A DNA stretch of 64,000 nt from an uncultured Chloroflexia bacterium (lineage in GTDB: Bacteria; Chloroflexota; Limnocylindria; Limnocylindrales; CSP1-4): the NCBI GenBank assembly GCA_963817095.1, contig CAWFND010000008.1:32107-96106 (forward strand), read 5' to 3'. Made by a program: the position numbers and the translations under genes. A model generated the notes under the pieces. It worked only from the letters and a program-made list of their open reading frames with translations, ran no database searches and was not told the origin of the DNA. This document shows positions 1-9,445 of this stretch, piece by piece; within the stretch, counting starts at the first letter, position 1, and each line of letters opens with the position of its first letter.

Positions 1-243
1 GAGCTTGTAGGCGTCCCGCACGGGATCGGGGATCTCGATCTCGCGGTCCTGGCTGACGACCTGCTTGATCAGCTCCATCGGGAAGAGCGGGGCCAGGTCG
101 CCCGGGCCAAGCGGCTGTCCGGTCCCGGGATGGAGCGGCGGCGGGGCCGGCCTCGGCAGGTCGGCCGCGATGTTGTACCAGGCTCGCGGGATGCGGTCCT
201 CGTCGAGCAGGAATCGGGTCCGATCGGTCAGGACGGTCGCCAT
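1..243 (-). CDS. TrpB-like PLP-dependent enzyme (tryptophan synthase beta chain 2 family), 5' part only; gene continues past the left edge
   Basis: Minus-strand ATG at 243 with GGAG 9 nt upstream; frame open to position 1. Translation is MATVLTDRTRFLLDEDRIPRAWYNIAADLPRPAPPPLHPGTGQPLGPGDLAPLFPMELIKQVVSQDREIEIP. It resembles the N-terminus typical of TrpB2-type enzymes (recognised from memory, no search run). Confidence 0.55.
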   Translation of the reverse strand, partial: MATVLTDRTRFLLDEDRIPRAWYNIAADLPRPAPPPLHPGTGQPLGPGDLAPLFPMELIKQVVSQDREIEIPDPVRDAYKL

Positions 244-347
244 GACGGGTGTCTCCTCTCGGGGATCGGCTCGCCGGCCGCAGCCGCGCATCGCGCCGAG
301 ACGGAGAGACTAGTCGTCGCGCGCGTCCACGGCAACGACCGGGCGGG

Positions 348-632
348 TCAGGCCGGTCCCCATAGCAGCCAGGCAATGCTGCCGGCGGCGATCGCGACAC
401 CCGTGAGGGCCGCCAGCCGCTTCCGCTCGATGTCGGGCTCCGGCTGGCGCCGCCGGAGCTGGCGCAGGTAGTAGCGGGCGTCGCCGCGCAACGCCGCGGC
501 CACCGACAGCTCCGGATCCGCCTCCGTGGTTCGCTCGGCGAGCAGGCTCCTGACCCCGTCCCGGCCGGAGACGGCCGAGATGAACTCGCGCTGGAGGAAG
601 GCCGCGAGCATCGCGACGGCGAGGGCGATCAC
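348..632 (-). CDS. small hypothetical membrane protein (94 aa)
   Basis: In-frame tail of track ORF 348..1922. GTG at 632 forms a GTGA overlap with the gpsA stop. Hydrophobic ends VIALAVAMLAAFL and LTGVAIAAGSIAWLLWG. GC3-rich codons. No family recognised. Confidence 0.4.
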   Translation of the reverse strand: MIALAVAMLAAFLQREFISAVSGRDGVRSLLAERTTEADPELSVAAALRGDARYYLRQLRRRQPEPDIERKRLAALTGVAIAAGSIAWLLWGPA

Positions 633-1678
633 GGTTCGCGCCCGTCCCGGATCCGCTCGGCCCAGGCCGGGAAGTCCGCCAGCTCGTCCTTCAATTCGCG
701 CGACAGCAGGTCGATCAGGCAGCGCTGGACGCTCTTGCCCTCGAACAGGGCGTTGTGGACCTCCTGGGCGATCGGCAGCTCGACGTCGAAGCGCCTCGCG
801 AGCCCGAGGGCCGCGTCTACCGTGTAGGCGCCCTCGGCGACGCCGGGCAGGGCGGCTTCGATGTCCGTCCAGCGACGGCCTTTCGCGAGCTCCTCGCCGA
901 GCCGGTGATTCCGGGACAGCGTCGAGCCGCAGGTGGCGACGACGTCGCCGATCCCCGCGAGACCCGCGAAGGTCAGGGGGTTCGCACCGGCGGCGATCCC
1001 GAGCCGCGTCATCTCGGCGAGCCCGCGGGTGATCAGCCCGGCCTTGCCGTTGTCGCCGAACCCGAGGCCGTCGGCGGCGCCGGCGGCGATCGCGACGACG
1101 TTCTTCAGGGCGCCGCACAGCTCGACGCCGAGCAGGTCGCGGTTGACGTAAAGACGGAACTCGCGACGACCGATCCGCTCCGCGATCCGGTCGGCGAGCA
1201 ACGGATCCTCCGCAGCGACGACGGCCGACGCCGGCAGTCCGCGGGCGATCTCCGTCGCGAGATTCGGACCCGACAGGGCGGCCACCCGACGCGGGGCGAA
1301 CCCCCCTGCGTCGGCGATCACCTCCGACATCCGGAGCAGCGACCCCGACTCGAGGCCCTTGGCGACCGACAGGATGTCCGCAACGACGTCCACCGACGGC
1401 GCGGTCCGCTCGACGGTCGACCGCAGATGCGACGACGGCACGGCATAGAGGACGAGATCCGCAGCCGCCAGGTCGTCGGGCGCGGCGGAGACGCGGACGG
1501 CCGCGGGGAGCTTGATGCCCGGGAGTCGTCGCTTGTTCTCGCGAGCGGCCTCGATCCGGTCCGACGCCTCCGCGTCGTGGGCCAGCAGCAGGACGGGCTC
1601 GGTCCGGGCGAGCAGGACCGCGAGGGTCGTTCCCCACGCACCCGCGCCCACGACGGCGACGCGAGCCGGATCGCTCAT
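629..1678 (-). CDS. gpsA: NAD(P)H-dependent glycerol-3-phosphate dehydrogenase
   Basis: 349-aa C-terminal part of track ORF 629..2440, starting at ATG 1678. Rossmann motif VAVVGAGAWGT, then GPNLATEIA and LKNVVAIAAG signatures. The start overlaps the der stop (ATGA). Confidence 0.9.
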   Translation of the reverse strand: MSDPARVAVVGAGAWGTTLAVLLARTEPVLLLAHDAEASDRIEAARENKRRLPGIKLPAAVRVSAAPDDLAAADLVLYAVPSSHLRSTVERTAPSVDVVADILSVAKGLESGSLLRMSEVIADAGGFAPRRVAALSGPNLATEIARGLPASAVVAAEDPLLADRIAERIGRREFRLYVNRDLLGVELCGALKNVVAIAAGAADGLGFGDNGKAGLITRGLAEMTRLGIAAGANPLTFAGLAGIGDVVATCGSTLSRNHRLGEELAKGRRWTDIEAALPGVAEGAYTVDAALGLARRFDVELPIAQEVHNALFEGKSVQRCLIDLLSRELKDELADFPAWAERIRDGREP

Positions 1679-3291
1679 CGCTTCGGGGGTCGACCGCCGG
1701 TCGCCGGTCGCTGGCCGGACGGGCCCTTGGACACCGGGCTGTGCCCTCGAGAGGCGCGCCGGCGCGGCAGGCGGACGGACTCGCGGTTGCGGAAGACGAG
1801 CTTGATCGGCGTCCCGTCGAAGCCGAACTCGGCCCGCAGCTGGTTCTCGAGGTAGCGCCGATAGCTGAAGTGGATGGCCGCCGCATCGTTCGCGAAGAAG
1901 ACGAAGGTCGGCGGCGCGACACCGGCCTGTGTCCCGTAGAACAGCTTCGGGCGACGGCCCTTGACGACCGGCGGCTGCTGCCGCTCCAGGGCCGTCCTGA
2001 GGATCCGGTTCAGCTCGGCCGTCGAGACCCGCTTCCGGCGCTCGCCCCAGATGTCGATCGCCAGCTCCAGCACGCGCCCGACCCGCTGTCCCGTCTTCGC
2101 GCTGATCGAGACGACCGGCGCGAAGTCGAGGAAGGGGACCTCGCCCTGGATCCACTCGACGTACTGGTCGAAGGTCCGGTCCGTCTTGTCCTCGACGAGA
2201 TCCCATTTGTTGACGGCGATGACGAGGCCGCGGCCTTCCTCGACGACGTAGCCCGCGACGTGCGCGTCCTGGGCGGTCAGGCCTTCCACGGCGTCGATCA
2301 CGAGGACGGCGACGTCGGCGCGGGAGATCGCCTTCAGCGAGCGCAGCGTCGAATAGCGCTCGGCGGCCGGGCCGCTGGCGACCTTGCCGCGCCGCTTGAT
2401 CCCCGCCGTGTCGATCAGGACGACCTCGCTGCGGCCCCATTCGAGGGTCGTGTCGATCGCATCGCGGGTGGTGCCGGGCACCTCCGACACGATCGCGCGG
2501 TCCTCCCCGAGGAGGCTGTTGAGGAGCGACGACTTGCCGACGTTCGGCCGGCCGACGAAGGCGATCGCTGCCGTGTGGTCCTCGGCTTCGGCGGCGATTG
2601 CGGCATCCCAGCGGGCGGCGACGCCGTCGTCCTCGCCCGCTCCATCCGTCTCCTCCTCCTCGACCTCGCCTTCCTCGCCCACGACGAACGGCTCGAGCCG
2701 CCCCGACGCCACCTCGCGCTCCCAGGCCTCGGATTCGTCCTCGCGCGTCTTGCGCGCGATCTCGGCCTCCGACTCGGGCGGCAGCGCCCAGACGATCGCG
2801 TCGAGGAGGTCGCCGGTCCCGCGTCCATGGGACGCGGAGATCGCGTAGGTCTCCTCCCAGCCGAGCGCCCAGAACTCGGCGGCGTCGGCCTCACGAGCGG
2901 TGTTGTCGACCTTGTTCACGGTCACGATGACGGGTGAGTTCGCGGTCCGCAGGAGCTCGGCCGCCTCCTGGTCCGCCGGCGTCATGCCGGTCACCGCATC
3001 GACGACGAAGACGATGACGTCCGCTTCGCGGATCGCCAGCCGGGCCTGCTCCTGGACCTTCACCTCGATCGGGTCGTCCGTGTCGACCTCGAGGCCGCCC
3101 GTGTCGATGATGACGAACCGTCGGCCGTTCCATTCCGCATCGCCGTACATCCGGTCGCGCGTCGTCCGGGCGCGATCCTCCACGATCGCCTGGCGCTTGC
3201 CCACGAACCGGTTGAAGATCGTCGACTTGCCGACGTTCGGACGGCCGACGATGGCGACGACGGGCAGCGAGGCGCGAGCGCTGGAGGGCAC
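1675..3291 (-). CDS. der: ribosome-associated GTPase Der (EngA), two GTPase domains
   Basis: 538 aa, GTG start. Two P-loops (GRPNVGKST and GRPNVGKSS), DTGG/DTAG, NKVD/NKWD, and a KH-like C-terminal domain. Long acidic inter-domain linker and basic tail. Confidence 0.93.
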   Translation of the reverse strand: MPSSARASLPVVAIVGRPNVGKSTIFNRFVGKRQAIVEDRARTTRDRMYGDAEWNGRRFVIIDTGGLEVDTDDPIEVKVQEQARLAIREADVIVFVVDAVTGMTPADQEAAELLRTANSPVIVTVNKVDNTAREADAAEFWALGWEETYAISASHGRGTGDLLDAIVWALPPESEAEIARKTREDESEAWEREVASGRLEPFVVGEEGEVEEEETDGAGEDDGVAARWDAAIAAEAEDHTAAIAFVGRPNVGKSSLLNSLLGEDRAIVSEVPGTTRDAIDTTLEWGRSEVVLIDTAGIKRRGKVASGPAAERYSTLRSLKAISRADVAVLVIDAVEGLTAQDAHVAGYVVEEGRGLVIAVNKWDLVEDKTDRTFDQYVEWIQGEVPFLDFAPVVSISAKTGQRVGRVLELAIDIWGERRKRVSTAELNRILRTALERQQPPVVKGRRPKLFYGTQAGVAPPTFVFFANDAAAIHFSYRRYLENQLRAEFGFDGTPIKLVFRNRESVRLPRRRASRGHSPVSKGPSGQRPATGGRPPKR

Positions 3292-3300
3292 GGGAGCCGC

Positions 3301-4291
3301 CTACGCCGCGCCGGACGTGGGAGCGGCGGCCTCGTGGTGGACGAACGTCGGGAGCGAGGTGGTCCGGCCCGCCGGTGTCGCTGCGCCCTCGAGGGCCTCC
3401 TGGGCGAGGTCGGCGGCGTTGGCCGCAACGTCCGGCGTGCCGGCGATCTCGAGCACGCGTCGGGCGACGTCGCGGAGATCCTCGATCGGCGTCGACGTCC
3501 CGCCCGGTGATCCCGATGACCTCGCGGCCGTCGAAGACCGACGCGTCGGTCAGGTCCTTCCAGCCCTCGATCTGGATCGCAGGCTTGCCGGCGATCCCGA
3601 CGAGGCGCGTGAGCTCCTTCGTGTTGGCGCTCGAGCGCCCGCCGACAACGACCATCAGGTCGACCTGCCGGGCGGCTTCGACGGTGTCCTCCTGGCGGCG
3701 GATCGTCACCGGGCAGACGGTGTTGACGATCTTCAGCTCGTGGCTGCGGCCGACCATGAAGGCGGCGAGCTTCTCGAACTTCCACGGCGGCTGCGTTGAC
3801 TGGCTGATCAGCGCCATCCGCTTCTTGCGAGGGACCTTCATCTCCCACTCGTCCTCTTCGTCGACGACGATCGCGTCCGGGGCGAAGCCGAGCATGCCGA
3901 CGACCTCGGCATGATTCGGGGTCCCGAGCAGGACGATCGTGTAGCCCTCGTCGACGAGGCGGGCCAGCTCGCGGTGCTCCTGGATCACCCAGGTGCAGGT
4001 CCCGTCGATCACGTCGAGGCCGCGGGCGTTCGCCCGTTCCATCACGTCCGGCCGCACGCCGTGGGCTCGGATCACGACCGCCGCGCCATGATCGACGTCG
4101 TCGAGGGTCTCGACCGTCTCGATCCCCATTCGCTCGAGATCGGCGATCACGCCCTCGTTGTGGACGACCTGGCCGAGGGTATGGGTCGACTTGCCCGCGG
4201 CGCGAGCCTCCTTGGCCTTGTCGATCGCCTCGCGCACGCCGTAGCAGAAGCCGGTACGCCGGGCGATCCGGATCTCCCGGACGGTTCCCAT
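3301..4291 (-). pseudogene. ispH: 4-hydroxy-3-methylbut-2-enyl diphosphate reductase IspH, reading frame broken by an apparent 1-nt insertion near 3500 (probably a sequence error in a functional gene)
   Basis: ATG 4291. N-terminal 263 aa (FCYGV, HNEGV, conserved Cys residues) match IspH up to ...REVIGITG. The conserved continuation GTSTPIEDLRDVARRVLEIAG...SGAA-stop is in the next frame and ends at 3301, 10 nt before the der start. Span is 991 nt = 3n+1. The track ORF 2891..4291 runs on as Arg-rich nonsense through der. Confidence 0.85.
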
Positions 4292-4300
4292 GATGGGGCG

Positions 4301-4306
4301 ATTATC
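4301..4306 (-). promoter_or_regulatory. putative -10 hexamer GATAAT, 9 nt upstream of the ispH ATG (leaderless-type promoter)
   Basis: Plus strand reads attatc. It is an A/T-rich hexamer in an otherwise GC-rich 57-nt plsC-ispH spacer, preceded by TGc. No Shine-Dalgarno between it and the ATG. Confidence 0.35.
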
Positions 4307-4348
4307 GCATGCGCCCTTCCGGGCTCCCCCCGACCGCCAGGGTGACGC

Positions 4349-5140
4349 CTACTCGTGCTCGCCATATGGGCCGCGGTGGCGCGGATCGAGGAGGGCGGCG
4401 ATCCGCTCCATGATGGCCGTCGTCGCGAGGCCCTTGGCGGTCTTCCGGTCGACGCCGGCAGGCAACAGGTCGCCGACCTTGAACGGCTCCCCGATCCGCA
4501 TCGTCGCGTGGCCCCCCGGACGGGGCAGGAACGAGCCCTTCCTCCAGACGCGATCCGTGTTCGACATCCCGATCGGCACGATCGTCGCGTTCGTCCGGAG
4601 GGCGAGCATCGCGAGCCCGTCCTTCGGGACCTGGAGCTCCCCGGTCGGGCTGCGCGTTCCCTCCGGGAACACCATCAGCACCAGCCCGGCCGCGAGGATC
4701 CGCTGCGCGAGCCGGAACGCGTCGACGTCCGCTGCTCCGCGGTCGACCGGGACGACCCCGCCGTTGCGGGCCATCCAGCCGACGACCGGCCACTCGAACA
4801 TCTCCTTCTTGCCGAGCCAGTGGATCCGCCGGCCGAGCTTCGGGGTGAGCCACGAGCCGATGATCACCGCGTCGGCGTTCGAGATGTGGTTGCTCGCGAG
4901 GACCACCGGCCCGGCCCGTGGGATCGCGTCTGCGTCACCCTCCACGTGGACGCGGGTGGTGCACCGGGCGAGCGTGCGGGCGCCGAGAGCCGTGCCGCTG
5001 ATCAGCGGCGTCAGGTCCTCTCGGAACAGCTCGTCCTCGTCGATCGCCGGCTTGGCCGACGCTCGCTGGTGCGGCGCCGGAGCCGCGTGCGCCTCGGGCG
5101 CGTCGGGCGCGTCGGGCGCGTCCGTACTCTCCGTGCTCAT
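4349..5140 (-). CDS. plsC: 1-acyl-sn-glycerol-3-phosphate acyltransferase
   Basis: 263 aa. Acyltransferase motifs NHISNAD (HX4D) and FPEGTRS. N-terminal DAPDAPDAP repeat. The ATG overlaps the cmk stop (ATGA). Confidence 0.85.
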   Translation of the reverse strand: MSTESTDAPDAPDAPEAHAAPAPHQRASAKPAIDEDELFREDLTPLISGTALGARTLARCTTRVHVEGDADAIPRAGPVVLASNHISNADAVIIGSWLTPKLGRRIHWLGKKEMFEWPVVGWMARNGGVVPVDRGAADVDAFRLAQRILAAGLVLMVFPEGTRSPTGELQVPKDGLAMLALRTNATIVPIGMSNTDRVWRKGSFLPRPGGHATMRIGEPFKVGDLLPAGVDRKTAKGLATTAIMERIAALLDPRHRGPYGEHE

Positions 5141-5859
5141 CGGGCGTTGGTCGCGATGGCGCTCGACTCCGCCGCCCGGATCGCCGCGATGACGGCACCC
5201 ACGGTCTGCGCGAAGGTGTTGCCGTCGGTGACGATGTGGAGCGCGTCGTCGGCGGCCCGCAGCGGCGCGACCGCGCGGTTGCTGTCGAGCTCGTCACGAC
5301 GGCGGAGCTGGGCCAGGATGAACCGGGCCTCCTGGCTGTCGGCATCGACCTGGCGCTCCTGCGTCCGGCGTCGGGCCCGCTCCTCGACCGACGCGTCGAG
5401 GAAGATCTTCAGGTCGGCGTCCGGCAGCACGACGGTGCCGATATCGCGCCCCGCCATGACGATCCCACCCGGCGCGGCGGCAAGGGCGCGCTGGCGCTCG
5501 AGCAACGCAGTCCGAAGCTCGGCGACCCGGCTGACGGCCGACACGGCCTCGTCGACGCGTGGCGTGTGGACGTCGTCCGTGACGTCGGCGCCGGCAACGC
5601 TCACGTGGGCCAGGCGGCCGTTCTCGTCGGGGACGAGCTCGATCTCCTGCACGAGTGCGACGAGCGCCTGCGGGTCTGCACCATCGCCGTCGACGCGGAC
5701 GCGACGCTCCAGGGCGAGCCACGTCGCGGCACGGTAGAGGAGCCCGGTGTCGCAGAACCGGTAGCCGAGCTGGAGCGCGGCGGCCGCCCCGACGCTCGAC
5801 TTCCCGGACGAGCCGGGGCCGTCGAGGGCTACGACGAGACCGGGCAGGGCATTCGTCAC
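5137..5859 (-). CDS. cmk: cytidylate kinase
   Basis: 240 aa, GTG start. P-loop LDGPGSSGKSS. CMP-binding region YRFCDTGLLYRA. Confidence 0.9.
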   Translation of the reverse strand: MTNALPGLVVALDGPGSSGKSSVGAAAALQLGYRFCDTGLLYRAATWLALERRVRVDGDGADPQALVALVQEIELVPDENGRLAHVSVAGADVTDDVHTPRVDEAVSAVSRVAELRTALLERQRALAAAPGGIVMAGRDIGTVVLPDADLKIFLDASVEERARRRTQERQVDADSQEARFILAQLRRRDELDSNRAVAPLRAADDALHIVTDGNTFAQTVGAVIAAIRAAESSAIATNAR

Positions 5860-5865
5860 GGGACG

Positions 5866-5871
5866 AGCATA
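5866..5871 (-). promoter_or_regulatory. putative -10 hexamer TATGCT, 6 nt upstream of the cmk GTG (leaderless-type promoter)
   Basis: Plus strand reads agcata, inside the 50-nt divergent spacer between cmk and the ABC ATPase. No SD before the GTG. Confidence 0.3.
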
Positions 5872-5909
5872 CCGTTCGGCCCTCGCCGCGCCTCGCCGAC
5901 CTGCCTACC

Positions 5910-6764
5910 ATGCTGGGCGGAGGTGGCATTCGCGTGGTCGCCGTCGCTGATGGGCGTGCTCTCGACCCGGCTGTCCGCCCGGCGATCCGCGCGATCGGCC
6001 TGACCAAGGCGTTCGGCACGATCCGCGCCGTCGACGACGTCACGTTCGACCTGGCCCCTGGACGGATCTACGGGCTGCTCGGCCCAAACGGCTCGGGCAA
6101 GACGACCCTCATCCGGCTCCTGACCGGCCTCGGCCACGCCGACGCCGGGTCGGCCGAGGTTCTCGGCGCGCGGATCCCGTCGCGGGCGACCCTCGCCCAC
6201 ATCGGGTACATGACCCAGAGCGATGGCGTCTACCCGGCGCTGACGGTCCGGGAGAACGTCCGCTTCTTCGCCAGCGTCTACGGCGTCCGGGACCCGGCAG
6301 CGATCCGGCACGTCCTCGAGCTCGTCGACCTCGTGGACCGGTCGACGACGCTGAGCATGGATCTGTCGGGGGGCCAGCGACGGCGGCTGTCGCTGGCCTG
6401 CGCGCTCGTGCATCGCCCGTCCGTCCTCTTCCTCGACGAGCCGACGGTCGGGGTCGATCCCCTGCTCCGGGTCCAGTTCTGGGCCCACTTCCGACGCCTG
6501 GTCGACGACGAGGGCGCCACGATCGTCGTCTCGAGCCATGTCATGGACGAGGCGGACCGCTGCGACGAGCTGCTCTTCATCCGGGCTGGCAAGGTCATCG
6601 CCCGCGGTGGCGGCGCGGAGCTGCGAGCGACGGCCGGCACGACCGACCTCGAGCAGGCCTTCCTCCGGTTCGCCGGCGAGACGACCGAGGCCGACGGGAT
6701 CGGCGCGGACCCCGTGTCCCCCGGCGTTGATCCGCCCTCCACCGTTGGGCCACCAGGCCCATGA
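5910..6764 (+). CDS. ABC transporter ATP-binding protein (ABC-2/Drr-type exporter)
   Basis: Walker A GLLGPNGSGKTT, signature LSGGQRRRLSLA, Walker B VLFLDEPT. ATG 5910 chosen as start; the track ORF extends upstream to 5655 over cmk antisense. The stop overlaps the permease ATG (ATGA). Confidence 0.85.
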   Translation: MLGGGGIRVVAVADGRALDPAVRPAIRAIGLTKAFGTIRAVDDVTFDLAPGRIYGLLGPNGSGKTTLIRLLTGLGHADAGSAEVLGARIPSRATLAHIGYMTQSDGVYPALTVRENVRFFASVYGVRDPAAIRHVLELVDLVDRSTTLSMDLSGGQRRRLSLACALVHRPSVLFLDEPTVGVDPLLRVQFWAHFRRLVDDEGATIVVSSHVMDEADRCDELLFIRAGKVIARGGGAELRATAGTTDLEQAFLRFAGETTEADGIGADPVSPGVDPPSTVGPPGP

Positions 6765-7906
6765 GCGGCCAGCGGGTCCTCGCGCTCTTCCGCCGGGTCG
6801 TGGCGGAGATCCGCCGCGATCACCCGTCGCTCGCGATCCTGTTCGTCGCGCCGATCCTCCTGACGGGTCTCGTGTCGTTCATCCTTCGCGAGAGCCAGCC
6901 GCCATCGATCAGCGTCGTGATCGTTTCAGACGGCGCGCCGGCAGGGCAGGTCATCGTCCCGGCCCTCCGCAGTGCGCTCGAGTCGGCCGGCGCCACGGTC
7001 TCCACCGCGTCGACCGACGCCGAGGCGCGCGCGGCGGTCGAGCGCGGAGATGTGTCGCTGGCGATCGTGCTCGGCGCGGGCGGCGCGGCTCCAGGCGCCC
7101 AGAGGGTCGTCATCGTCAGTCGCGGTCTCGACGCACCTGGCGATTCGGCCCAGATCGGGGTCGTTCAGAAGGCCCTCATGGCGGCGATCGGCCAGGCCAC
7201 CGGCGCGGCCCCGCCCGAGGTCCGCCACGAGACGGTATACGGCGTCCCGACGAATGATCCCGTCGCCAGCTTCGCGCCTGCGATCGTCGCCTTCTTCGCC
7301 TATTTCTTCGTCTACGTCCTGACCGGGGTCAGCTTCCTCCGCGAGCGAACGGGAGGCACCCTGGAACGCCTCCTCGCGACACCGGTGACGCGGGCGGAGA
7401 TCGTGACCGGCTACACCCTCGGCTTCGGCCTGTTCGCAACGGTGCAGGTCATCGTCCTGCTCGCGTGGGCCCTCGGGTCGATCCAGGTTCCCGCGATCGG
7501 GCCGCTCCCGTCGTTCTCGATCGGCCTCGGCATCCCGTCGGCCGGCAGCCCGATCCTCGCCTTCGTCGTCGTCCTGTTGCTGGCCGTTGGGGCGGTCAGC
7601 CTCGGCATCTTCCTCTCGACGTTCGCCCGGACCGAGCTGCAGGTGATCCAGTTCATCCCGCTGGTGCTCGCCCCGCAATTCCTGTTGTCGGGCGTGATCT
7701 TTCCGGTCAGCTCGTTGCCGGCGATCCTCCAGCCGCTGGTGCTGCTGATGCCGTTGAACTACGCCGTCGACGGCCTGCGGCAGGTCTTCATCCGGGGGGC
7801 CGACCTGAGCGTCCTGGCCCTCCAGCGCGATCTCGTGGTGCTGGCGGGCATCGCGGTGTTCTTCGGGGTCCTGGCCTCGCTCACGATCCGGCGGGAGGTC
7901 GTCTGA
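6761..7906 (+). CDS. ABC-2 type transporter permease
   Basis: 381 aa. N-terminal TM helix, a large loop, then about 5 C-terminal TM helices. Translationally coupled to the ATPase. Confidence 0.8.
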   Translation: MSGQRVLALFRRVVAEIRRDHPSLAILFVAPILLTGLVSFILRESQPPSISVVIVSDGAPAGQVIVPALRSALESAGATVSTASTDAEARAAVERGDVSLAIVLGAGGAAPGAQRVVIVSRGLDAPGDSAQIGVVQKALMAAIGQATGAAPPEVRHETVYGVPTNDPVASFAPAIVAFFAYFFVYVLTGVSFLRERTGGTLERLLATPVTRAEIVTGYTLGFGLFATVQVIVLLAWALGSIQVPAIGPLPSFSIGLGIPSAGSPILAFVVVLLLAVGAVSLGIFLSTFARTELQVIQFIPLVLAPQFLLSGVIFPVSSLPAILQPLVLLMPLNYAVDGLRQVFIRGADLSVLALQRDLVVLAGIAVFFGVLASLTIRREVV

Positions 7907-8756
7907 GCGCACGAGCCGGCGGCGCGTCGGGTCGCGCGTCGCGATCCCGGGAGGCACCGGCCACGCCCGGTTCGTCGCGGGACCGACCGCCGCCGCTCGC
8001 GAGCCCACGGACCTCCGGCGCCTTCAGCGGGCGGACCCGGCCGCTCCGGAGTCCGTCGATCCGGACCGGGCCGATCCGGACGCGGACGAGGCGGTCGATC
8101 GGCGACTCGACGGCCCCGAACATCCTCCGGAGCTGGCGCTTCCAGCCCTGGCGGAGGGTCGCCCGGTACCAGGTGACGTCCGGCGGCGGTGGCGGAGCGA
8201 GCAGGTCCACGAGCTTGGCGACCTCCGCAGACGTCATGTGACGCAGATGGTGGAGGGTCGCCAGGCCTTCCTCGAGCGGGACGCCCCGCTCCAACACCTC
8301 GACCTGCCCGCGGTCCAGTGGCCGTCGCACGGCCAGCGCGTATTCGCGCTCGACGCCGTACCGCGGGTGGAGCACCTTCTCGGACCACGCCCCGTCGTTC
8401 GTGAGGAGCAGCAGCCCCTCGCTGTCCTGATCGAGACGCCCGACGGGGTAGAGGCGACCGCCGTCGGGGATCAGCGCCGTCGGGACGAGGTCGAGCACGG
8501 TGGTATCGGCATGGCGGTCGGCGGTCGTTGAGGTGACGCCGGCGGGCTTGTGCAGCAGGAGATACGTCGTCCGAGCGGCCGCGCCGATCGGCAGGCCGTC
8601 GACCTCGATCACGACGGTCGCCGGATCGACCTGCTGGCCGATCGTCGCTCGCTTGCCGTCGACCTTCACGCGACCCGCGGCGATCAGGTCCTCGCTGGCC
8701 CGACGGGACGCCACGCCGGCGGCGGCCAGGACCTTCTGGAGCCGCTCAACCGCCAT
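7881..8756 (-). CDS. rluB: 23S rRNA pseudouridine synthase (RluB/RsuA family)
   Basis: 291 aa. S4 domain (RLQKVLAAAGVASRR), catalytic motif PVGRLDQDSEGLLLLTNDG, basic C-terminal tail. The 3' end overlaps the convergent permease gene by 26 nt. Confidence 0.88.
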   Translation of the reverse strand: MAVERLQKVLAAAGVASRRASEDLIAAGRVKVDGKRATIGQQVDPATVVIEVDGLPIGAAARTTYLLLHKPAGVTSTTADRHADTTVLDLVPTALIPDGGRLYPVGRLDQDSEGLLLLTNDGAWSEKVLHPRYGVEREYALAVRRPLDRGQVEVLERGVPLEEGLATLHHLRHMTSAEVAKLVDLLAPPPPPDVTWYRATLRQGWKRQLRRMFGAVESPIDRLVRVRIGPVRIDGLRSGRVRPLKAPEVRGLASGGGRSRDEPGVAGASRDRDARPDAPPARALRRPPAGS

Positions 8757-9445
8757 CAGGCGGGCTCGGTCGGGTCGCCGACCGCCGTGTCGTCGGCGGC
8801 GGCCTCGGCGGCCTCGCCGGCGTCGGCGGCCGCTCGCTCCTCCTCCTCGATCAGGCGCGCCGCGACCTCGACGTCGAGCGGCGGCAGCTCGTCGAGGCTC
8901 GTCAGCCCGAAGCGTTCGAGGAACTCGAAGCCCGTGCCGTACAGGAACGGCCGGCCGGGCGCCTCCGATCGACCCAGCTCGACGACGAGCCGGCGATGGA
9001 GCAGCGAGCGGATCGTGTAGTCCGAGTCGACGCCGCGGATCCGCTCGACGGCGGACTTCGTGACCGGCTGGCGGTAGGCGACGATCGCGAGGGTCTCGAG
9101 CGCCGCGGGCGACAGGCGGATCGCGTCGACGCCGACATACCGGGCGATCAGGGCTCCGGCCTCCGGCGCGGTGACGAGCTCGACGCGGTCGCCGTTCAGC
9201 GCCAGCCGGATGCCGCGGTGCGCCAGCGATACCTCGAGATCGCCGAGCCGCGCGTCGACGGCGGCGCGGTCCACCCCGGCGGCCGTCGCGATCTCGCGGC
9301 GGGTCAGCGGTCGCTCCGCCACGAACAGCAACGCCTCGAGCTGAGCCTCGCTGAGCTCGGCCGGCGCCGCGAGATCCGGACCGGCTTCTGCCGGCTCGGT
9401 CGCGGCCTCCGCGGCCACGTCCGTGGCGCGGACATCCTCGATCAC
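8756..9445 (-). CDS. scpB: segregation and condensation protein B
   Basis: C-terminal 229 aa of track ORF 8756..10402. LEALLFVAERPL, AYRQPVTKSAVERIRGV and FLERFGL motifs. GTG 9445 overlaps the scpA stop (GTGA). The start is inferred. Confidence 0.82.
   Translation of the reverse strand: MIEDVRATDVAAEAATEPAEAGPDLAAPAELSEAQLEALLFVAERPLTRREIATAAGVDRAAVDARLGDLEVSLAHRGIRLALNGDRVELVTAPEAGALIARYVGVDAIRLSPAALETLAIVAYRQPVTKSAVERIRGVDSDYTIRSLLHRRLVVELGRSEAPGRPFLYGTGFEFLERFGLTSLDELPPLDVEVAARLIEEEERAAADAGEAAEAAADDTAVGDPTEPA

Noticed and set aside
3496-3509. Programmed ribosomal frameshifting as the explanation for the eight broken genes
   Set aside because: There is no shared slippery heptamer, no stimulatory stop codon or SD-like element, and no downstream structure common to the eight sites. 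The affected genes are not known recoding targets. The uniform +1 base excess in G/C runs fits a consensus error better. It is kept as a low-probability alternative in the findings.
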